From positions 1,947 through 65,946 of the forward strand of contig JAFXTC010000018.1 in the NCBI GenBank assembly GCA_017525235.1: a DNA stretch of 64,000 nucleotides, written 5' to 3'. Source of the stretch: Bacteroidaceae bacterium (GTDB lineage Bacteria > Bacteroidota > Bacteroidia > Bacteroidales > Bacteroidaceae). The notes under the pieces were generated by a model, which had not been told where the DNA came from, made no database searches, and saw nothing but the letters and a program-made list of their open reading frames with translations. The position numbers and the translations under genes are program-made. Position 1 is the stretch's first letter. Each line of letters opens with the position of its first letter. This document shows, piece by piece, positions 57,212 through 64,000 of the stretch.

Positions 57212-58159
57212 TTATCTGATTCTGAGAATATCTCCGGGCTTAATCTCGTGCGAGGGGTCGAAGTTATTCATTTTATAAAGGTACTTCAGACGGATACCGT
57301 AAAGCTGTGAGATGTCAAACAGACTCTGATTATGCTCTACAATATGTATAGGATTCTTCTTGAATTGCTTGCTGGCGCACTTCTGTTTCTTCTTCAGGTA
57401 AATCAGGTCGCCTTGTGTGGGAGCATAATCACGTGGAAGGTCGTTGTACTGATACAACTTCCTTAGGCTGATACCCGTTTCTTTGCTAATGGTAGCCATA
57501 TTGTCGCCAATCTCCACAATGATGAAGTAATTCTTGTTGTGTGAGTATATGGTGTGTGTGTCGAAGAATCCGGTTTTTGTGTTATTAACCGGGGCAACAA
57601 CAGTTTTCTTTTCATGTTTATAACTTCCGTTGTCAAACTTGTACAGGTCGTACATCTCAATGATTCTGATTAACGACTCGGCGTATGTAGGTGCTGTGGC
57701 GTACCCAGCAGCCTTCAGTCCTCTTGCCCATCCCTTATAATCAGTAATCTTCAGTTTAAACAGGCCCTGGTAGCGTTTTCCTTGCAAAAATCTGGAATGG
57801 TCTTCGTAACTTTCCCTGGCATTCTTGTATTTGCGGAATTTCTCGTTTGGTGCATCATCGTTCTTCAAGACGTATGGTCCTGTCCAGTAACCGCTCACCT
57901 TAATGCCAAAATGGTTGTTGGCTTTCGTGGCTAACGAACTCCGTCCTGCTCCACTCTCCAACAGGCCTTGTGCCAAAGTGATGCTGGCTGGTATGTGGTA
58001 CTTGTGCATCTGTTCAATAGCCAGACCTTTGTATTGGTCGATGTACGACCAGTAGGCTTGGTTTGTTCTTTGCGCAAAAATGCTCAAATGCAGGAACAAT
58101 ATGAACGCAAATATAGAGGATAGTCTCAATTTCATCTCCAGTTTTTCAAATTTGGGCAC
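57212..58159 (-). CDS. N-acetylglucosaminidase domain protein with two LysM repeats
   Basis: Glucosaminidase motif (AQGLLESGAGRS...NHFGIK); two C-terminal LysM-like repeats (GDNMATISKETGISLRKLYQYN; NQSLFDISQLYGIRLKYLYKMN). Confidence 0.8.
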   Translation of the reverse strand: MPKFEKLEMKLRLSSIFAFILFLHLSIFAQRTNQAYWSYIDQYKGLAIEQMHKYHIPASITLAQGLLESGAGRSSLATKANNHFGIKVSGYWTGPYVLKNDDAPNEKFRKYKNARESYEDHSRFLQGKRYQGLFKLKITDYKGWARGLKAAGYATAPTYAESLIRIIEMYDLYKFDNGSYKHEKKTVVAPVNNTKTGFFDTHTIYSHNKNYFIIVEIGDNMATISKETGISLRKLYQYNDLPRDYAPTQGDLIYLKKKQKCASKQFKKNPIHIVEHNQSLFDISQLYGIRLKYLYKMNNFDPSHEIKPGDILRIR

Positions 58160-58228
58160 AAAATTAGCTAAAAATTACCGCTTTATGAAGAAAACTTATA
58201 TATTTGTGCAGAAAAAGTGAAGTAAACG

Positions 58229-58711
58229 ATGAAAGAATACACTATTCAGAGCACAATATGTGTTTATGGCTGGGATGAATTATCAGAGGATGATCGTAAT
58301 TTAATCTCGGCTGCAAAGGATGCAACCAAAGGCAGTTACGCACCTTATTCAGGGTTTTGTGTTGGTGCGGCAGTCCGTTTGGAGGATGGAACAGTCGTTA
58401 TTGGCTGTAATCAGGAGAATGTTGCGTTTCCTTCGGGATTGTGTGCCGAACGCACAGCACTTTTTGCTGCAAATGCACAGCATCCCGACCAGCCGGTTCT
58501 TTCGTTGGCCATTGCCGCCAGAAACGCAGATGGTTTTCTTCCTCAGCCAATTCCCCCATGTGGTGCTTGCCGTCAGGTAATATCTGGGGTGGAGCAGAGG
58601 TATAATCAACCCATCCGTATCCTGTTGTATGGAACAGCCGGCACTCACGTTACCGATGGTATAGATGCCCTCCTACCTCTCCAGTTCTCCGATGAGTATC
58701 TGGGCCATTAA
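58229..58711 (+). CDS. cdd: Cytidine deaminase
   Basis: Zinc motifs CAERTA and PCGACRQ. Confidence 0.85.
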   Translation: MKEYTIQSTICVYGWDELSEDDRNLISAAKDATKGSYAPYSGFCVGAAVRLEDGTVVIGCNQENVAFPSGLCAERTALFAANAQHPDQPVLSLAIAARNADGFLPQPIPPCGACRQVISGVEQRYNQPIRILLYGTAGTHVTDGIDALLPLQFSDEYLGH

Positions 58712-58722
58712 GGCTTTAACCC

Positions 58723-58817
58723 CTTAAACTCTTAAACTCTTAAACTCTTGAACCCTTAAACTCTTGAACCCTTAAACTCTTGAACCCTTAAACTCTTGAA
58801 CCCTTAAACTCTTGAAC
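58723..58817. repeat. 8/16-bp tandem repeat (CTTAAACT)x3 then (CTTGAACC-CTTAAACT)x4 plus a partial unit
   Basis: Read directly; begins 12 nt after the cdd stop; only one G per 16-nt unit on the + strand. Confidence 0.95.
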
Positions 58818-58863
58818 TTTTATACCGCCAATTACGCAAATAAAAATCAATACCAATACCAAT

Positions 58864-61800
58864 ATGAAAAGAATCCTACAATTATTAACCATGTTTTGTG
58901 CTCTCACAGTACAGGCACAAACTTATTGGGACGGCACAGCCGACAAGAACTTCCCCGGTGAGGGAACTGAGACAAGTCCGTATCTCATTTCTACGCCCGA
59001 ACAGCTGGCCGGCTTGGCTGAGCGAACAAACGTCGATAAGGAGGACTTTGCCGGCAAGTACATCAAACTGACGGCAGATATCTACCTAACCAACTTTGAT
59101 GACCCCGATAAGGAGAATTGGCATGAGTGGGAGCCAATCGGTCATCACGACTATGGAAAAGGAGTTCTCGACGCAGCTCGCGATACCTGTTTTTTCCGCG
59201 GTCACTTCGATGGCGACGGTCACACCATTTATAATATGTATTATGGTGGCGGTCTTGATTGGGCAAGTGACATCACACTCGATCCTGTTGAATGGTTGGA
59301 GAACTGGATGGCAGGAGAAGACCCGAAGGATTTGGATGACCTTGAGTTCACCCCATGGTTCCGCGGCCTGTTCGGCTTCGTGAAAGGAAGTGTGGCAAAT
59401 GTGACTGTGGCAGATGCCAGACTGAGCGGTGTCAACGTGGCACCAGTGGTGGTTTGGGTAGCAAAAGATGCTGTGGTGCGCAATTGCCATGCAAAAAACA
59501 ACACAATATTGACTACCGATGGAGTACCTTCCTTCTTCGCCTGCGATAATCTGGGACTTATTGAAAACTGTACGTCTCAAGGCAAAGGTGTAAGTCCGGC
59601 AGCCGGCTTGGTGGTTACAAATACTGCGAGCGGCGTTATCAGAGGATGTTCTGTGGATGTCGTATCAACAGGCGGATGGTTCGGTGGCGTAACCTATGCT
59701 AACGAAGGACTGATAGAACAAACTTCTGCCCAAGTGGACATCACAACAGACGGATATGCCAATGGCGGTGGATTTACATATACGAACGGTGGTACAATCC
59801 GTGAATGTTACTCTACAGGTAGCGTAAAGGGCGAAGAAGTCATATCACCGGTACAAAGAGGTTGGCTTACTGGAAAGATAGCTGGCTTCTGTGTGATGAA
59901 CACGGGTTATATCGAATCATGCTATTCCACCTGTGACATGACAGACTTAAGCACGACGCCGTACTATGATGGTCATGTGGATATGGCATGTTTCGTTATC
60001 ACGAATGGTATTGAAGCGCAAAGACAGGACGAGCGTCCCATACCTGGATATTGTGTGAACTGTTTTGCTACAGGTTCTCTCAACTATACGGCTTACAACG
60101 ACAGATTGTCAGTCTGTCCTTTCTTGCGCATATATGCCGGATCACATGTTAATGCCCTGGCAGAATATGGAGAACCCGCTCGACAGATAGGTTGCTATTG
60201 GAATCTGGACGGTATGCCAACTGTATCAGACAAGAAGAATCAAGAATGGGCAGGTGAACCGGTTACATTGGCATATATGAAGAGCGAGGCATTTGTAAAC
60301 GATCTCAACAAGATGGCTTATTTTACTGGTACCAGTCAATGGGAATACCGTGCAGGACAATTGCCTGTCGCTACAGGGGTACGCACTAAAGACCAGACAA
60401 AATGTTTCTCGCAAGGTGACGGTTCAAAAGACAATCCTTTCCAAGTTGCTACTAAGACCGAATTGGAGAATCTGGCTTGGCTCACGAACCACGGCTATGA
60501 CTTCCGTAACGAGTATCTGAAGCAAACGGCAAATATCGCTCTGAATGCTCCGCAGAGCGAGTGGGGCGAGACGGCTCCTGCTAAGTGGGAGTCAATTGGT
60601 ATCGACCACACCTCACCATATCATGAAACTGTTAATGCTGATTGGTTCCGTGGCAACTACGATGGCGATTTCCACGAGGTTCAGAATATGTACATCAATT
60701 CCACCTTGGCTCATCAGGGCCTGTTCGGCCACGTGGGAGGACATTTTGCAAAGGCTGGTGGAGAGGATGCGTGGATTGAACCCTCAACAATCCGCAATCT
60801 GGGAGTTACGGATGCCTTTATACGAGGCGGCACTGCAGGTGCCGTAGTCGGAGATTTGGCCTATTACTCAAACCTTATCCAATGCTGGAGCTTGGGCAAG
60901 GTGTATGGCGTAGGTCAGTATTCACGTATCGGTGGACTTGCTGGACTGATTGACCGTCAGTCGTGTGTCCTCAACTGCCAGACCTCCGTTGAACTAATAC
61001 CCTATGACAGTTCGACCGAGTGCGAATCTCTTGTCGGGGAAGCTGCTTACAGTTTTGCCGACACGATAGCGAATGCCTTCTTCACAGGAAAGGTGAATTA
61101 CCTGTATCAGCCAGTCATCGGAGGTGCTTTCCACCCCACCAATAGCGGATATACAGAGAATGTATTCTTCGACAACACCGTCGCTCAAATGCCCTATCCA
61201 GGTACGGGGGTACAAGCCTATTCTACAGAGCAGCTACAGTCGAAAGAGTTTGTCAATTTGCTGAACACGGCTGTGACCAAGTGGAACAACTGTCACGGTG
61301 AAGACTTGCAATTGGACTACTGGGAGTGGCGAGAAGGTGACTATCCGCGGGTAAATCCGGAGATTATCTCTTCATTGGCTACAGTTACATTCCAAAGCAA
61401 CGGAGGTTCGGAGGTTCTGCCAATGACTGTTGTGCAGGAAAGTCAGATTGAGGCACCCGCGCGTCCTACCAAAGAAGGATATGTGTTCGCTGCATGGTAT
61501 CGCGATGAGGCTTTCACCGATTTCTTTGATTTCAAGAACGATGAGGTGACTGGCGATATGACTCTGTATGCCAAATGGCTTGTTGATGATCGTAACGACA
61601 TCGACCTGACACCTTTCCAGAACGAGTTTGCAACTACCTATCATATCAAGACTGCTGCTCAGTTGCGCGGTCTGGTGGCTGTCATTGCTGGTCAGTATGA
61701 CTACAATAATCGTGCAGACATACCGCCTACGATTGTGATGACTCCGCTAGATATCAGCGGCAAGACGGTAGTGCTGGACAACGACATTTTCCTCAACGAT

Positions 61801-63873
61801 ACGACTGATTGGAAACATTGGGGCAATCATTGCTATGCTGTGCCTTGGACTCCAATCGGCTATGGTCCGTACAATGTTGACAATGGCGCCCTTCAGTTTA
61901 CGGGAACATTCGATGGTAAAGGCCATACCATATACGGCATGTACATTGAGATGAATGCCCAGATGGTGGACATGTATTGGTGCAATGCCCATGGACTGTT
62001 CTCAAGGGTCAATGGTGGCACTATACGTAATTTAGGTATAGAAGCTTCCGTCATCGACATGCGAAACCATGAAGATACACCTTGCCAAGTTGATTACGGC
62101 TATTCATACAGCTCTGGTATCACAGCAGGTATGCTTGCTGGTATTTTTAACGAAGGCACGATAGAACAGACCTACGCCAAAGGAAAGGTTATACCCGAAG
62201 AATTACGTAACGATGGATTAGAAGCCTATGATTATCATATAGGTGGTTTGGTGGGAGACATTGTAGGTGCGTCCGAGAGGGCTATCTCTAACAGCTTCGC
62301 ATGTGTTGACATTATCCGCGAGAAGAACGGCGACACGAAGGGTTATGGTTTGTGCGGAAAGGATAAGAACCTCTACAACTGGTTCACAAACTGCTACAGC
62401 GCTGGTATAACCCAGCAGGGAAACAACCAGTCAGGCACTTATTACAATAATGAGCTGGTTGCATTTGCATCAACAGAGTTGTCTGCCAAGATTACCGCCG
62501 AGATGAAGCAGAAGTCCACCTACGAGGGCTGGGACTTCGAAACCGTCTGGGGCATCAGCAGCACCATCAACGACGGCTATCCCTTCCTTCGCCAGTTCCA
62601 TCCCGACGCACCAGCCATAACGATTAATGCCAAGAGCTATACCCGCGAGTATGGCGAGGAGAATCCGACGTTCGAGTTCACTACGGAGGGTGAGGATCTG
62701 CAAGGCACACCCGAGATTGTCTGCGAGGCAACAGCCACATCACCCGTCGGCGAATATCCCATCGTCATCAGGAAAGGTAGCGTAACGAACGACAACGACA
62801 CGTACGTGAACGGCGTGCTGACCATCACCAAGGCTCCGCTGTGCATTACCGCCAAGAGCTACAGCGTCAGACAGGGCGACCCCCTGCCGCAGTACGAACT
62901 GGAGTACAGCGGATTCAAGAACGACGAAACCGAAACCGTGCTCACCAGGCAGCCGGTAGTTACGTGCGAGGCAAGTGCTGCCAGCCTGCCCGGAACGTAC
63001 GATATCGTAGCCAGTGACGCAGAGGCGGCAAACTATGAGATAAGCTATGAGAAGGGAACGCTCACCATTACCCCGTTCAGGAGAGGCGACGTAAACAACG
63101 ACGGACATGTGGATGTGGCAGACTTGACAGGCGTGGTACACTTCATCCTTAATGAGTCAACGACGGGCCTTAACTTCGAATCGGCAGATATGGACGAAAG
63201 CGGCGCGGTGGAGATAAACGACTATGCCGCCCTGGTGAAGCTGATTCTCAACAGCCCGAAGACCGATACCCCAACACCCAGAAGAAGCCCAGCCATCCTC
63301 AGGAACCTGATCAGCCTGAGCTCGGACGGCAGGGGAGAGATACTCGTAAGCCTGCTTGAGGAAAGCCGGTTCACAGGCCTGCAGTTCGACCTGATCCTGC
63401 CCGACGGCGTTACCTTGGCAGAGAACGGTGCCAGAAGCGAGAGCTCCCGCCACGGATGCTGGTATGTACGCCATGAGGACGGAAGCTACGGCATCCTGTG
63501 TTCTTCGATGTCCAATGCGGAACTTCACGAAGGTCCCGTACTTCGCCTGAGGACGGATGCCAAGGCAGACGGCACGGCTTCCGTCTGCAATGTGGTGCTT
63601 TCCGACATTTATTCAACCAGACACGAGGCAGCTCCCGCAGAAACGTATATGGACGATGCCACGTCAATCGCAGGCGTGAGCGGTGACGGCCTGACCGTCA
63701 GGACAGGAAACGGAACGCTGTACCTGTTGTCTGATCAGGACCAAACGATAACGGTCTATGGCGTAAGCGGTGCCAAGATTACTGAGACGAATCTGGTTGC
63801 AGGAAAGACAAATACCGTCAAACTTCCCGCAGGCGTTTATATCGTAAATAACAGAAAGGTGACTGTCCGATAA
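58864..63873 (+). CDS. 1669-aa T9SS-sorted surface protein (GLUG-type modules, Listeria-Bacteroides repeat, MBG repeats, dockerin-like and cohesin-like modules)
   Basis: Signal peptide. Three paralogous ~400-aa modules (…F.G.FDG.GHTIYNMY… at aa ~115, ~600 and ~1000) with GLFG / IGGLAG / IGGLVG GLUG-like motifs. TVTFQSNGG...GYVFAAWY...LYAKW repeat. Two MBG-like repeats (YGEENPTFEF.., QGDPLPQYELEY..). GDVNNDGHVDVAD / DMDESGAVEIND calcium loops. C-terminal ...ITVYGVSGAKI...LPAGVYIVNNRKVTVR T9SS type A sorting domain. Confidence 0.85.
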   Translation: MKRILQLLTMFCALTVQAQTYWDGTADKNFPGEGTETSPYLISTPEQLAGLAERTNVDKEDFAGKYIKLTADIYLTNFDDPDKENWHEWEPIGHHDYGKGVLDAARDTCFFRGHFDGDGHTIYNMYYGGGLDWASDITLDPVEWLENWMAGEDPKDLDDLEFTPWFRGLFGFVKGSVANVTVADARLSGVNVAPVVVWVAKDAVVRNCHAKNNTILTTDGVPSFFACDNLGLIENCTSQGKGVSPAAGLVVTNTASGVIRGCSVDVVSTGGWFGGVTYANEGLIEQTSAQVDITTDGYANGGGFTYTNGGTIRECYSTGSVKGEEVISPVQRGWLTGKIAGFCVMNTGYIESCYSTCDMTDLSTTPYYDGHVDMACFVITNGIEAQRQDERPIPGYCVNCFATGSLNYTAYNDRLSVCPFLRIYAGSHVNALAEYGEPARQIGCYWNLDGMPTVSDKKNQEWAGEPVTLAYMKSEAFVNDLNKMAYFTGTSQWEYRAGQLPVATGVRTKDQTKCFSQGDGSKDNPFQVATKTELENLAWLTNHGYDFRNEYLKQTANIALNAPQSEWGETAPAKWESIGIDHTSPYHETVNADWFRGNYDGDFHEVQNMYINSTLAHQGLFGHVGGHFAKAGGEDAWIEPSTIRNLGVTDAFIRGGTAGAVVGDLAYYSNLIQCWSLGKVYGVGQYSRIGGLAGLIDRQSCVLNCQTSVELIPYDSSTECESLVGEAAYSFADTIANAFFTGKVNYLYQPVIGGAFHPTNSGYTENVFFDNTVAQMPYPGTGVQAYSTEQLQSKEFVNLLNTAVTKWNNCHGEDLQLDYWEWREGDYPRVNPEIISSLATVTFQSNGGSEVLPMTVVQESQIEAPARPTKEGYVFAAWYRDEAFTDFFDFKNDEVTGDMTLYAKWLVDDRNDIDLTPFQNEFATTYHIKTAAQLRGLVAVIAGQYDYNNRADIPPTIVMTPLDISGKTVVLDNDIFLNDTTDWKHWGNHCYAVPWTPIGYGPYNVDNGALQFTGTFDGKGHTIYGMYIEMNAQMVDMYWCNAHGLFSRVNGGTIRNLGIEASVIDMRNHEDTPCQVDYGYSYSSGITAGMLAGIFNEGTIEQTYAKGKVIPEELRNDGLEAYDYHIGGLVGDIVGASERAISNSFACVDIIREKNGDTKGYGLCGKDKNLYNWFTNCYSAGITQQGNNQSGTYYNNELVAFASTELSAKITAEMKQKSTYEGWDFETVWGISSTINDGYPFLRQFHPDAPAITINAKSYTREYGEENPTFEFTTEGEDLQGTPEIVCEATATSPVGEYPIVIRKGSVTNDNDTYVNGVLTITKAPLCITAKSYSVRQGDPLPQYELEYSGFKNDETETVLTRQPVVTCEASAASLPGTYDIVASDAEAANYEISYEKGTLTITPFRRGDVNNDGHVDVADLTGVVHFILNESTTGLNFESADMDESGAVEINDYAALVKLILNSPKTDTPTPRRSPAILRNLISLSSDGRGEILVSLLEESRFTGLQFDLILPDGVTLAENGARSESSRHGCWYVRHEDGSYGILCSSMSNAELHEGPVLRLRTDAKADGTASVCNVVLSDIYSTRHEAAPAETYMDDATSIAGVSGDGLTVRTGNGTLYLLSDQDQTITVYGVSGAKITETNLVAGKTNTVKLPAGVYIVNNRKVTVR

Positions 63874-63893
63874 CCCTATAAATGATTGAAGAA

Positions 63894-64000
63894 ATGAAAC
63901 GTAGAAGGTTTTATATATTCATGGCAGCCATTGTCGTGGGCCTTTTGTCCCACATTCCTGCCGTTGCGGACACAAACAGGCTGCTGCTTCAGGACGTAAC
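63894..64000 (+). CDS. Start of a secreted protein (3'-partial, runs off the window)
   Basis: ATG at 63894 gives MKRRRFYIFMAAIVVGLLSHIPAVADTNRLLLQDV, a signal-peptide-like N-terminus, open to the end of the window. Confidence 0.35.
   Translation, partial: MKRRRFYIFMAAIVVGLLSHIPAVADTNRLLLQDV

Overview
Chromosomal segment of a Bacteroidota genome, Prevotella/Bacteroides-like. Support: TAnnTTTG -7 promoter boxes ahead of many operons, no Shine-Dalgarno sequences, a T9SS C-terminal sorting domain, and GH43/DUF1080/DUF4369-type gene content. Most of the window is housekeeping. It includes a pheA-aminotransferase-DAHP synthase/chorismate mutase-tyrA aromatic amino-acid operon. It also includes queD and a yhhQ-queC-queF queuosine operon behind tRNA-Ser(CGA), and dnaX, guaA, tkt-rpiB, a galM-MFS-galK-SGLT galactose locus, folC-dnaJ-grpE, an ABC-F ATPase, cdd and a 1669-aa T9SS surface protein. 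Two visibly AT-richer accessory segments interrupt this. (i) Bases 1 to about 4700 hold the 3' part of an RloB-like gene and a 1227-aa orphan protein. (ii) Bases about 27806 to 38354 form a defence island with a KAP P-loop NTPase operon, a type I R-M operon (hsdR-hsdS-PrrC-like ATPase-hsdM), a DUF4357 protein and three decayed gene remnants. The best candidates for something undescribed are the micro-ORF/3-TM/KAP NTPase operon and the 1227-aa orphan. Other notable items are a Phe/Tyr-rich leader peptide with a terminator/antiterminator ahead of pheA, and a preQ1-I-like aptamer ahead of yhhQ. There is also a ~38-bp GC-rich palindromic element lying in-frame inside two membrane-protein genes, an in-frame TAA in the operon's aminotransferase, a 13-G tract ahead of a capD-like gene, and G-poor tandem repeats. 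No rRNA, CRISPR array, integrase or transposase was seen. All family calls come from motif recognition by eye; no database search or folding computation was run.
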